From: a virus
Lineage: Duplodnaviria; Caudoviricetes
Reading direction: 5' to 3' (one strand)
DNA length: 64,000 nucleotides
Virus record (IMG/VR): IMGVR_UViG_3300037418_002116
The notes under the pieces are model-generated. The model was given only the letters and a program-made list of their open reading frames with translations. It did not search any database and had not been told where the DNA came from. A program made the position numbers and the translations under genes. Of this stretch, positions 52,704 through 61,970 are shown one piece after another (positions within the stretch are counted from its first letter, which is position 1; each line of letters begins with the position of its first letter).

Positions 52704-53404
52704 TAGTGACCCTTTACGTGTTTGTCCCATTCGGTTTCTTTTGGGGTGGCCTTCATAATCATGCTCTTCCATGAACGTTCTTTGTCAGCCACAGTACGGC
52801 GCTTTTTATTCACAACGAAGGTCGTGAACGATTTGCCGTTCTTTCCACCACGTGTGGTCGAGATAGTATGAGCGCCCATGTCTTCTTTGACGGGCTCTAC
52901 TTCTTCCTTCGTCAACTTATCGACGGCTTTACGAATGCCTTTGTCACGCTTCGCAGCAGTCTTTTCGTATTCAGCCGCTCTTGAAGCAGTGTAATCTATA
53001 TTCTTTTTGGAATGACCTTCATCTCTCTGAATACGTTCATCACGACGAGCATTAAACCCAAGAGTATGATTCATTGTAGAATTGTCATGTGCAGACTTGA
53101 CATATCTTCCAAGTCTTTCCTTGGAAATTTCGTCAAGCTGTTCTACTTCTTCTGAAAGATCGCCTTTAAGTTTCTTGATCTTTTCAGGCTTTTTATTAGT
53201 AATTTTGTCCTGAATTTTTGCGTTATCAGTAGCAACTACGTTTTCGTCTCTGTCTGCCTGTGCACTTTCTTCAAATACTTCCGGAGCGACTTCTGTAGCT
53301 ACGGATTCACAAATACTATTAGCCTTTTCGGCCAACTTTGCTCTGATGTCATCAAAGAATTTTGTAGGTGAGCCTTCCATAAGGCTAATAAGTGATTTCT
53401 TCAT
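52703..53404 (-). CDS. Prohead core protein with repeat module
   Basis: EEVEQLDEISKERLGRY..KAVDKLTKEE. Confidence 0.65.
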   Translation of the reverse strand: MKKSLISLMEGSPTKFFDDIRAKLAEKANSICESVATEVAPEVFEESAQADRDENVVATDNAKIQDKITNKKPEKIKKLKGDLSEEVEQLDEISKERLGRYVKSAHDNSTMNHTLGFNARRDERIQRDEGHSKKNIDYTASRAAEYEKTAAKRDKGIRKAVDKLTKEEVEPVKEDMGAHTISTTRGGKNGKSFTTFVVNKKRRTVADKERSWKSMIMKATPKETEWDKHVKGH

Positions 53405-53409
53405 TGTTA

Positions 53410-54228
53410 TTAATCCTTTGATAGTTTCTTTTTTCTAGCAAGAGTGTTAAGCCCTCTTACTCTATTATAAAACTTCTTATTATTGTTTTGACTTTTACCG
53501 TCATAGGCCAATATTTGACCTTCTGCATCGCCTTTATATTTTGACAATTTTTCCTGTGACAATTCTTCCAAAGGTTCGATTTCTTCTTTGGTAAGTTTGT
53601 CTACAGCTTTCGCCATGTTCTGACGACGCTTCCAAGATTTTTCAAAAAATTTGTCTGCCAGCTTGGAGTCTTTTTCGCCTTGCTGGTAGTTGGCGTAATT
53701 CTTGTTCTTGATTTCGTCTCTAACTCTATTGGCACGGTCACCATAACGTCCGGTTGCCGCAGATTTAGTTGCCAAATCATGGGAAGCTTTCTTTAAATAC
53801 GAACCAAGAGTAGCCTTTGAGAGTTCTTCCAAAGGTTCTACAGCTTCGGAACGAAGCGCACGTTCATTGGTTGTGTATGTCTTGCCGACAAAGTTTGTAT
53901 TTTTGCCAGACTTTGAAGCAGCGAAGTCGTTCAACTGATTGTAGGCGTCACGATCATCTGGACGCTTAATATTTTTGATACGAGCGTCGTTTCTCTTCTT
54001 TGGCTTCGTAGGAGCGCCAGTCAATTCGTCTGTATCGTCTTCAATATCCACATTATCGAGATGCTGTTTCATCATTGCCTTGTGACCGGGGGTCATTTCA
54101 GCAAGTAGCGCTTCCGACAAATCAACGACCAAATCGGCAACGACCGATTCCGCCTTTTCGGAGATAGACTCCGTTAGAGGGGTGAAATCACCCTTCAACA
54201 AATCAAGAATGTTTTGTTTCTTAAGCAT
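53410..54228 (-). CDS. Prohead core protein with repeat module
   Basis: VEPLEELSKATLGSY; IEPLEELSQEKLSKY; TAAATA at 54257-54252. Confidence 0.65.
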   Translation of the reverse strand: MLKKQNILDLLKGDFTPLTESISEKAESVVADLVVDLSEALLAEMTPGHKAMMKQHLDNVDIEDDTDELTGAPTKPKKRNDARIKNIKRPDDRDAYNQLNDFAASKSGKNTNFVGKTYTTNERALRSEAVEPLEELSKATLGSYLKKASHDLATKSAATGRYGDRANRVRDEIKNKNYANYQQGEKDSKLADKFFEKSWKRRQNMAKAVDKLTKEEIEPLEELSQEKLSKYKGDAEGQILAYDGKSQNNNKKFYNRVRGLNTLARKKKLSKD

Positions 54229-54271
54229 TTAGGTATCCTATATTGTTCAAATATTTATGAAAAATAGGATT

Positions 54272-55966
54272 TTAGCTAAACCACTTCTGTTTTGGGTTAG
54301 CGTTATCCTCTTTGTCGTCATCATCTTGATCCTGTCCCGGCATTCCACCAGCATCTTGACCGGATGGAGCGCCAAATTGGTCACCACCGGGCATTCCGCC
54401 CATGCCACCGCCCATAGGATCACCGAAACCGCCACCATCCATACCCATGCCGCCGCCGAAGCCGGACATCTGGTACTCGGGTTCTTCATCGATTTCTTTC
54501 TTGATTTGAATCCATTCTTCTTCTGACATATGCAGAACGTTTGTACGGACCCAAGTCTGTGAATAAAATTTTCCAATGTATGGTTCGATATCACGCAAGT
54601 TTGAAATACGAGCCTGCATGATTTCGCCTTCTTTCAACTCTGTGAAGAAGTTATTTTCATTCCATACAATGAGAATGTCGTCTTTGTACTTGTCCCATTC
54701 TGTAGAAGTCAAAACCGACTTCAAAATCAATTGATCGCCAAGAATATCAAGAAATACTTCTGCGAAACGTGAACGAAGACGATTTACGAAATCCGAAAAC
54801 TTCACTTCGTCACGAGAGATTTCTGATGGACGGCCAATATTGAAACCACCTTCGGAATCGAGGCGACCGATTGGCACTTCCAAGGCTTCGTAAAGCTTCT
54901 TTTTGAAGTACTCAACGTCGGTAATCTGGCCAAGATTTTCACCGGCTGGCAATGTTTCAACCGTCGTGCCCTTACCGTCACGTTGTGGGAACCAAAAGTC
55001 TTCCAACATCGTGGCAATACGCTTGTCGTCTGAAACCTGTCCTGTTTCCGGATCGAATTTCAGTTTCTTATTGTGCTTGCGCATGATTTCAGCCACATAT
55101 TGTTCGGCTTTCATCTTAGGCAAGTTGCCAACTTCGATATTGAAAATTCTTCTTTCTGGCGCACGGGCAATACGATAGATCACCACGGCATCTTCCATCA
55201 TGCGAAGCGTGTTATACGCCTTGATCGCCTTATGGAGATTTGAGAGGATCATTGTATTGTCATTGTTACGAATACCCGAGTGAACATAGGTAATCGAGTT
55301 CGGTGAAATCGGAATACCTTGTGGGTTCTTACGATTGACACCGGAACCATTGTACACAAAGTATTCAATATATTTCTTGTTTACTTCCAAGCTGTTTGTG
55401 ATGATGTTAGCATAGCTTGGGATTCGCTTATTGTTTTTGATAAGCTCTTTTACTTTTTTGATCTTTCGAGGATCGACATTACGAAGTTCAAAGATACCGT
55501 TGGCTGGATTTTGTTCATCGATCATCTTATGATAGTAGATACGACCATCCACATACCATTGACGGAAAATATGATAGCAATCTTTCTTGAAGTTCATCAT
55601 CTTCAAGATGGCATCGAATTCTTTCTTGATTGCGTGGCGAGTGTTTTCCCCGATATCGATCTTCTGTGTGTCGATATCGACCGGGCCGGTTGGTGAGGCA
55701 TAGTCGAAGGCTTCATTGATAATGTCCTGAATCGCCTTATCGACTTCCTGTTGTTCAGAAAGTAGTCTATATTTTGTGATAAGAGCGGCTTCATCAACAG
55801 TAGAATTGTCGAGAGCAACGCCATAATTGTAGAAGCCCGATGCATTGGAACCGATTTCCAATGCACCGTCGTTATCCGATTTTTCGATAACTTGAAGGGT
55901 TGACGCCTCACGAATTTTACGTTCTTCGTCAACGCCTTTATTAAGCTTATAGCCAAAAAATCTCAT
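54272..55966 (-). CDS. 20: Portal protein (gp20)
   Basis: WYVDGRIYY; RMMEDAVVIYRIARAPERRIF; EDFWFP; RDEVKF. Confidence 0.97.
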   Translation of the reverse strand: MRFFGYKLNKGVDEERKIREASTLQVIEKSDNDGALEIGSNASGFYNYGVALDNSTVDEAALITKYRLLSEQQEVDKAIQDIINEAFDYASPTGPVDIDTQKIDIGENTRHAIKKEFDAILKMMNFKKDCYHIFRQWYVDGRIYYHKMIDEQNPANGIFELRNVDPRKIKKVKELIKNNKRIPSYANIITNSLEVNKKYIEYFVYNGSGVNRKNPQGIPISPNSITYVHSGIRNNDNTMILSNLHKAIKAYNTLRMMEDAVVIYRIARAPERRIFNIEVGNLPKMKAEQYVAEIMRKHNKKLKFDPETGQVSDDKRIATMLEDFWFPQRDGKGTTVETLPAGENLGQITDVEYFKKKLYEALEVPIGRLDSEGGFNIGRPSEISRDEVKFSDFVNRLRSRFAEVFLDILGDQLILKSVLTSTEWDKYKDDILIVWNENNFFTELKEGEIMQARISNLRDIEPYIGKFYSQTWVRTNVLHMSEEEWIQIKKEIDEEPEYQMSGFGGGMGMDGGGFGDPMGGGMGGMPGGDQFGAPSGQDAGGMPGQDQDDDDKEDNANPKQKWFS

Positions 55967-56008
55967 GATACCCTTTTCTATTTAACTATATTGAATATAT
56001 AGCTAATT

Positions 56009-56569
56009 TTAGATATCAGTACCGCCAGCGAAGCCAGTTGTGCTTTGATCACCAGAGGTCCAGTAGTCAACGGAGAAGGAAACTGGATAGCTGATAACGT
56101 CATCCTGTCCCCAATCCATGCCGATAGAACCGACAGAAATAGGCCAAATACCGTTGAACTTGTATTCACGAAGAACGTTGCCGTTCTGTGAGTAAAGAGT
56201 TACGTCGGCAATCGACTTGTAGAGCGACTGTTCAGAAGTTGGGAGTCTTCTAATGTTGCCAATTGGTGAGTTGATTGAGTTTACCCATTCTTCCATTGCA
56301 TTACGGATCAAGTGATCTTCATCACCAATGATAGTAACTTCCCAATCGGAATAGTTCTGGGTTACACCAGCAACTTTGATCGCACGGCCAAAATAAGAAA
56401 CCGAAATTGGGTTCGTATCTTTCTGTGGAACGTTTGTCGCACGGCAGAGGAATGGCAGAACTGAGTCAGCCTGTCCGTTTACCGGGTTGGTGATTTTCAC
56501 CTGAAAAAGGTTCGTTCTTGCGCCACCGTAACGAAGAGCCGAACGAAATGAATTGATGTTAAAAGCCAT
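56009..56569 (-). CDS. 19: Tail tube protein (gp19)
   Basis: GGARTNLFQV..YFGRAIKVAG..EDHLIRNAMEEW; TATAAATA at 56609-56602. Confidence 0.95.
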   Translation of the reverse strand: MAFNINSFRSALRYGGARTNLFQVKITNPVNGQADSVLPFLCRATNVPQKDTNPISVSYFGRAIKVAGVTQNYSDWEVTIIGDEDHLIRNAMEEWVNSINSPIGNIRRLPTSEQSLYKSIADVTLYSQNGNVLREYKFNGIWPISVGSIGMDWGQDDVISYPVSFSVDYWTSGDQSTTGFAGGTDI

Positions 56570-56621
56570 GGTTAAACTCCAAGTTTCTTATTATTTTCTT
56601 ATATTTATAAGGGTATAGACG

Positions 56622-56652
56622 AAAAAAGGCTGGCATCTTTCGACACCAGCCC
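56622..56652 (-). terminator. Terminator after gp18
   Basis: GGCTGG..TCGAAAGA..CCAGCC-TTTTTT. Confidence 0.75.
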
Positions 56653-56708
56653 AAAGTTATTAGTCTACATTCTTCTTATTGTTGTAAGTATTTATGATAA
56701 TCAAAAGA

Positions 56709-58628
56709 TTACTCACCAAACTTACCTACGATTTCTTCGAATGCAACACCGGTACGGGTAGCGATGAAGTTCAAGCGAATGAATTCAGCTACACGTGCTG
56801 GCTTGATATAAATGTCACCTACCAATTCGTTGCGGTCGATAACTTCCGGAGTGTTGTTTGTTTCGTCGCAAACAACTTTGAAGTCATAGATACCACGACG
56901 GCCCTGAATATCACGCAAGAATGGTTCAACCATGTTGCGGAACTGTGCACGTGTGAATTCATCGTTGAATTCAAACAACTGGTAACGTGATGCCTTCGCA
57001 ATCGCCTTTTCGAGAACGATGAACAGACGACGGACGTTGATGCGGTCGAAAGCCGATGGCTTCGAAAGCAAGGTCTTCTGTCCGAAGAGAACCGTTCCAT
57101 CACCGGGGAATGTTGCCACCGGATTGATGTTGTTCTTGTAGAGCGTGTCACGGTCTGCTTGACGTGGATTCCAAGCGAGCTTGATCACGTTCTTGATCTG
57201 GCCACGGTTGAAACCGGCAGCGGCCCACCAAGGATCACGGTCTGTGTCGGTCTTAACGTGCAGACCGGCAATGTCACCGTTCATTGGAACGTAGCGGTAC
57301 AAATCGTTGTAACGATCATACTGCCATTTCCAGTTGTTATCGAGAGCCGCATATGAAGTAACAGGTAGAGTATTTCTGTATGTTACGATATCTGTAGCTT
57401 CGTCGCCCTTGTTGTTAACGGCATAGGCACGTGGTGGAGACAAGAACGCAACGCAATCAAGACGAACTTCACAGATATTGTTGATGATATATGTCGCCAA
57501 AGTCTGTGTAGCATCCGAACCAATAAGGATCGAAACTTCAACATCTTCCGGAGAAGCAAACAATGAATAACCACGAATCTTTTCAGAGTTTCCGATAGTT
57601 GTTCCATCAGAACCATGATCAAGCGAGTTATCGATTGGCAAAGTACCAGTCACAAAGGTTGTGGTTGATGCTTGGCTACCAGCGTTTGTCAAAGATGAAG
57701 GATGACCGGCCCAACGGATGTAGTCAGACTGTTGATTGATCACTTCCTTGTAATATGAAGTCGCACCATTGTCATACTTGGCATCAGCCGCCTTCGATAC
57801 TTTCTGGTATACTTCAAGAACTTCGCCACGCTGATTTGTCCATAGACCATCTTCGTCAACAACAACGATATGCATTTCGTCGGCAGAACCACCAAGGTTA
57901 GCAACGTAGTCGGAAGTACCCGGAGCGTTGTCAACTACAGTGTAGAATTCCCAACGACGCACGGCTGTTTGAGCCGTGCCACCAGCAAGGTGACGTGAAT
58001 CGAGAACCAACGAAGTTGTGTTGGAAATTGTTGCAACAGAGTGTGTTTCACCATTGATAACCAAAAGATCACCAACAACAAGTTGAGTGGTGAAGCTTGT
58101 TCCTGAACCGGTAACTGTTGTTGTGTTTGCAGTAACAGAAACCGTACCAGTCAAAGTAGACTGATAAGCAGATGCAGAAGGGCAAACAGATACTTTCAAA
58201 GAGTTACCCATTGCGCCAGCGAACTTAGCAATCCATGGGCCTGTATTGAAAGATGTTTGAAGATTTCCGGTATCGTATGAAGATGAATATTCATCATCGT
58301 TACGAACAAGAAAGCCCGCCGTACCGGCAGAAGCATTGGTTGCTCTTAGAGCGGTATTGGCGTTGTTGTCGTTAACAACACGAACAACCCAAAGATTGTT
58401 TGCGTATGCCAAGAAATTAGCAGCCGAGAACCAATCGTTGGCTACGGTATTATTTGGCTTCCAGAATGTATCAACAAGTTCTTGTTCAGAATCGATACTG
58501 ACAAGCTGATCTACTGGCCCCCACTGAAACGCACCGGCCAAACCACCTTCCGTAGTCGAAACCGCAGGAATAATGTTGGTTGTGTCGAATTCTTTTACGT
58601 ACACACCGGCTGATAAATAGAATGGCAT
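56709..58628 (-). CDS. 18: Tail sheath protein (gp18)
   Basis: SAGVYVKEFD; FQWGP; WWAAAGFNRG; DRINVRRLF; TAAATA at 58674-58669. Confidence 0.97.
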   Translation of the reverse strand: MPFYLSAGVYVKEFDTTNIIPAVSTTEGGLAGAFQWGPVDQLVSIDSEQELVDTFWKPNNTVANDWFSAANFLAYANNLWVVRVVNDNNANTALRATNASAGTAGFLVRNDDEYSSSYDTGNLQTSFNTGPWIAKFAGAMGNSLKVSVCPSASAYQSTLTGTVSVTANTTTVTGSGTSFTTQLVVGDLLVINGETHSVATISNTTSLVLDSRHLAGGTAQTAVRRWEFYTVVDNAPGTSDYVANLGGSADEMHIVVVDEDGLWTNQRGEVLEVYQKVSKAADAKYDNGATSYYKEVINQQSDYIRWAGHPSSLTNAGSQASTTTFVTGTLPIDNSLDHGSDGTTIGNSEKIRGYSLFASPEDVEVSILIGSDATQTLATYIINNICEVRLDCVAFLSPPRAYAVNNKGDEATDIVTYRNTLPVTSYAALDNNWKWQYDRYNDLYRYVPMNGDIAGLHVKTDTDRDPWWAAAGFNRGQIKNVIKLAWNPRQADRDTLYKNNINPVATFPGDGTVLFGQKTLLSKPSAFDRINVRRLFIVLEKAIAKASRYQLFEFNDEFTRAQFRNMVEPFLRDIQGRRGIYDFKVVCDETNNTPEVIDRNELVGDIYIKPARVAEFIRLNFIATRTGVAFEEIVGKFGE

Positions 58629-58720
58629 TGGGTAAATACTCCCTTATTATTATTGTTTTATGCAGGAGTATTTAGGAAACGGCCCTTTTTAACTTAATTT
58701 TGACCTAAAAATGGTCAATT

Positions 58721-59032
58721 ATGACCATTGGGGACATTATGGTAGATACTTCAAATCCGTTTTTTGGAAAAAAACATACCGCCGCTTCCCGCAAAAAAAT
58801 TAAAGAAAATCATGTCGGCATGACCGGCAAAAAACATTCCCCAGAAACGAAAGAAAAAATGTCAACGGCACACACGGGCCGGAATTGGGTTTACAAAGGA
58901 ATGGTCACCAAATCTATTCCGAGTGAAGAACTGGATTCCTATCTCGAAAGCGGTTGGTTGAGAGGCAGAGCTATCGATAAAAGAGGATCGAAGAGCTACA
59001 TGCTGAAATTTTTGTTCGAAAATTCCCCTTGA
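58721..59032 (+). pseudogene. NUMOD3-only homing endonuclease remnant
   Basis: NPFFGKKHT..; GMTGKKHSPETKEKMS; no GIY-YIG or HNH catalytic domain. Confidence 0.6.
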
Positions 59033-59057
59033 CATTCATTCATATAACCGATATATT
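59029..59057 (+). promoter_or_regulatory. Sigma70-type promoter
   Basis: TTGACA-N17-TATATT. Confidence 0.78.
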
Positions 59058-59092
59058 AACGTCATAGTCATTGGATTATGAAAGGATTGTGA

Positions 59093-59302
59093 ATGGCTGA
59101 TAAAGGCAACCGGGTTCAGATGGCGCAAATTGTTGCGTTCGCCAACTTTCCCGATTTGAAGCGCTTTCCCGATGAAAACCATATCGTGGTGCGCAAAGAG
59201 TTGAAGCGCAACTTCGGGAACCTCAAGGACCAGTACGAAATGGCAATCGCCAAGCTGGCCACTGAACAGCGCCCTATTCCCATTTCTCTCCCGATGGCTT
59301 AA
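59093..59302 (+). CDS. Hypothetical early protein
   Basis: 69 aa; AAGGA SD. Confidence 0.6.
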   Translation: MADKGNRVQMAQIVAFANFPDLKRFPDENHIVVRKELKRNFGNLKDQYEMAIAKLATEQRPIPISLPMA

Positions 59303-59341
59303 AACCCAAACGGGCCTGTAGGTCCATCAAAGGAGTCGAAC

Positions 59342-59710
59342 ATGGCCGAAGATGAAAAGCCGGATAACATGGACTATTATGTTGTCCGTGGTGGAATGTC
59401 GTGGGGTAAGGATGAAAGCCTTCAAACGGCTTTCTTCAATTGGTTCAAAAATGAACGACCGGCGAGGGATGTTAAGGTGGTCATCCACCAAGTTGCCCAA
59501 AGCGCCACAGTCGATGACTTCGGTCGTTTGAACTGGTTTACCAAAGATGGCGAGCCCGTCAAATTGGGTGAAGTCACCGTCACCAAGAAACTCATCGAAC
59601 GATACAATGCCGTCATGACTGATATTGACGAGCTTCTGGTGCCCGTCGAAGATAATTTCGATTGGGATTTGGCGATGCGGGTTAAGGAGGAATCTCATGA
59701 AAAAGCTTGA
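59342..59710 (+). CDS. Hypothetical protein
   Basis: 122 aa; AAGGAG SD. Confidence 0.65.
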   Translation: MAEDEKPDNMDYYVVRGGMSWGKDESLQTAFFNWFKNERPARDVKVVIHQVAQSATVDDFGRLNWFTKDGEPVKLGEVTVTKKLIERYNAVMTDIDELLVPVEDNFDWDLAMRVKEESHEKA

Positions 59711-59873
59711 ACCAAAGGTTGGCGATGTGGTCGCTTTCAACATGTTGCCGGATGCCGCATGGTTCGACGTGCTGGCAATCAATGGCTTCATCATGACCGT
59801 CCGTGAACACGGCACGGATTATGCTGAACAGCGCATCGACAAGGGCGGCGTAAAGCAGATTCGTAAGCCATGA
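59697..59873 (+). CDS. Small SH3-like protein
   Basis: GAGG SD; MKKLEPKVGDVV. Confidence 0.55.
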   Translation: MKKLEPKVGDVVAFNMLPDAAWFDVLAINGFIMTVREHGTDYAEQRIDKGGVKQIRKP

Positions 59874-60235
59874 GAACCTATTATGTTTCGGCTTTGGATT
59901 TAACGACCGACGAAGTTCAGCTATATTCCTTCCCCACGCCTCAATATGGGGATAGCCCAGACAAGATCGATGGTGTAGGATTTTACCGCACCATCGTTTC
60001 CCTAAACGCTTTCTTCCATGGTGGCAGTTCTCATTATCGAAACTGGACCGACAAGCGTTTGTTCTCCCTCAAAACAGAACGGGAAGTTGAGTTTGAAAGG
60101 GAAAGAGGACGACTCGAAGGTGGTCCTACCATTCCTTTTTCGAGTCTTTTCGCTTTCTATCGACACATTGGTTACGACTACAAAGCCAAAAAATACACGA
60201 CCGGCGAAAAGCTCCATCCATATTCTAAATTTTGA
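59870..60235 (+). CDS. Hypothetical protein
   Basis: 121 aa; ATGA overlap. Confidence 0.6.
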   Translation: MRTYYVSALDLTTDEVQLYSFPTPQYGDSPDKIDGVGFYRTIVSLNAFFHGGSSHYRNWTDKRLFSLKTEREVEFERERGRLEGGPTIPFSSLFAFYRHIGYDYKAKKYTTGEKLHPYSKF

Positions 60236-60264
60236 TTGACAAAAAGATTCCAATGTGGTACATA
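60236..60264 (+). promoter_or_regulatory. Sigma70-type promoter
   Basis: TTGACA-N17-TACATA. Confidence 0.6.
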
Positions 60265-60296
60265 TTGGATATCTGCAATCTTAATTAAGGAAATTT

Positions 60297-60824
60297 ATGG
60301 ATTATTTGTTTTGGGGATTAATGCTAATCCCATTTGCGTTTGCTGTTGCAGCTAGTGAATATGAGTCCATCGTCGCTGGCCTTGTCTCAATCGTTCTTGC
60401 TGCCGCTTTCTTTTATATCTTCACGGACTACAATCCGCTTCCTTGGATTGTCGCCAACCCCGGAACCGCTGCGATCTACACCGGTTTATATTTTGTGACC
60501 GGTGCGATATATTCCGTCGTGAAATGGCTGTATGTCGTGAACACATCGACGAACAGAATCAAAACGGATTTCGAGAGGTTCAAACTCAATAATCGTGATG
60601 ATACCTCAATCGAAGCCTTCAAAAAATCCGAATACAATAGCCTGAAAGTCTTGAAGAACAAGGCTCGAATCATGGGCTGGCTTGTCTGGTGGGTTCCGTC
60701 TCTCTTCTGGACTGTTACCCATGATCTTTTCCGCAAAATTTGGGATCACATTTACAATATGTTCTCCGGTTTGTACGAAAAGATCGTTTCTCGCAAGATC
60801 GATTCTACGCTGAAAGATTTCTAA
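60297..60824 (+). CDS. Multi-pass membrane protein
   Basis: Three N-terminal hydrophobic segments plus a C-terminal WLVWWVP segment. Confidence 0.7.
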   Translation: MDYLFWGLMLIPFAFAVAASEYESIVAGLVSIVLAAAFFYIFTDYNPLPWIVANPGTAAIYTGLYFVTGAIYSVVKWLYVVNTSTNRIKTDFERFKLNNRDDTSIEAFKKSEYNSLKVLKNKARIMGWLVWWVPSLFWTVTHDLFRKIWDHIYNMFSGLYEKIVSRKIDSTLKDF

Positions 60825-60833
60825 TTTTTCTGC

Positions 60834-60862
60834 TTGACTCTTAAAAGCGAATAGATTATACA
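60834..60862 (+). promoter_or_regulatory. Promoter for tmRNA
   Basis: CTTGACT-N17-TATACA. Confidence 0.7.
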
Positions 60863-60867
60863 TATAC

Positions 60868-61195
60868 TCGTTGTGATGAAGACGACTGAAAGGTATTCAG
60901 GACTCGGGGGCGGAACCCGACTAGTCCACCACAACCAGATAGAGGGACGAAAGCCCGGCCAATAACACGGCGTCGTATGATGGCTGGCGTTCTATCTGGT
61001 TATGATGGGCTAGAAACAGGATCGACTGGTACGTAATAGGAAGTTGGAGCAACCGGCATTGTACCGCCGTTATCGGGCTAAACACAATAAGAGACAACGA
61101 TAACTTCGTTCCTCTGGCAATCGCTGCCTAATCAGCAGTAGCCAATGAGTTTTGGCGGTTGAACTTGGAAACAGAATCAACCGCCGCTTCTATTT
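60868..61195 (+). ncRNA. ssrA: Circularly permuted two-piece tmRNA
   Basis: Acceptor piece ends TCGGG-GGCGGAA-CCCGA-CTAGTCC-ACCA (60931); coding piece starts GGGCTAG (61007) with G3:U70; tag DNDNFVPLAIAA-stop at 61093-61131. Confidence 0.93.
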
Positions 61196-61207
61196 TCAGG
61201 AAAAAAT

Positions 61208-61522
61208 TTGAGTAGAATATTAACCAACGGCGCACTTGTGCCGGAAGACAATTCCCATACAGAAATCAATCCGGTCACAGGTCAACAAAAGGCTTATGTG
61301 ATTCTCTCGGAAGACGAACGGGCCAAGGGCTTCGTTCGCCCGCTTCGCAGAAGCTACAAACACACAGTGTGTGGAACCGAAACCACGATGGGTCAAGCCA
61401 TCGCTGAAACCTACGCTCGTAATCCGAAATTTTATTCTGCCACCTTCTGTTGTCAGTGCAAAACACATAAGCCTCTAAACGAATTTCATTGGTCCGGTAC
61501 AACGGAAATTGTTGGATCATGA
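61208..61522 (+). CDS. Hypothetical Zn-binding protein
   Basis: HTVCG..FCCQC; TTG start. Confidence 0.65.
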   Translation: MSRILTNGALVPEDNSHTEINPVTGQQKAYVILSEDERAKGFVRPLRRSYKHTVCGTETTMGQAIAETYARNPKFYSATFCCQCKTHKPLNEFHWSGTTEIVGS

Positions 61523-61743
61523 AAAAAGATTTAGACCCAGATTTTTGGGATGACTTCGTTTTCTTGGCCCAATCCTTTGCTTCGATCATGCAAGGCGATG
61601 TTTATGACCATCGCATAAATGGCGCATATGCCATCATGAAAAAATATGGATTGGACGAATACGGATGTCCACCGGAAGACGAAGAAGACGACACGCCAGT
61701 TCCTATGATTCCGGCTAAGAAGCCGAAACAGGCGTTGGATTGA
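61519..61743 (+). CDS. Hypothetical acidic protein
   Basis: ATGA-coupled start MKKDLDP. Confidence 0.55.
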   Translation: MKKDLDPDFWDDFVFLAQSFASIMQGDVYDHRINGAYAIMKKYGLDEYGCPPEDEEDDTPVPMIPAKKPKQALD

Positions 61744-61970
61744 GCGACTTCCTAAATGACTTCGAATCGTTATTCGGAGTCCCTGATAAGCCGAAGCGAG
61801 ACTTCACCAAAGAAGTCCAGACAACCCAAGCAAATCCAGATGCCAAAAAGCTGATAACCATTCGGCTTGATCGGGATATTATAGCTTATTTTCAACAGCA
61901 AGGCGAAGGGTATCAAACCCGTATCAATAATGCCTTGCGGGAATTTATGAATCAACGATTAAAGAAATAA
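61740..61970 (+). CDS. brnA: BrnA-family antitoxin (ribbon-helix-helix), orphan
   Basis: KLITIRLDRDIIAYFQQQGEGYQTRINNALREF. Confidence 0.85.
   Translation: MSDFLNDFESLFGVPDKPKRDFTKEVQTTQANPDAKKLITIRLDRDIIAYFQQQGEGYQTRINNALREFMNQRLKK

Noticed and set aside
54272-54480. Gly/Met-rich repeat at the portal C-terminus
   Set aside because: Low-complexity protein tail, not a DNA repeat element
61519-61743. BrnT toxin upstream of brnA
   Set aside because: Lacks the FEWD..K...N..KHG signature and is acidic
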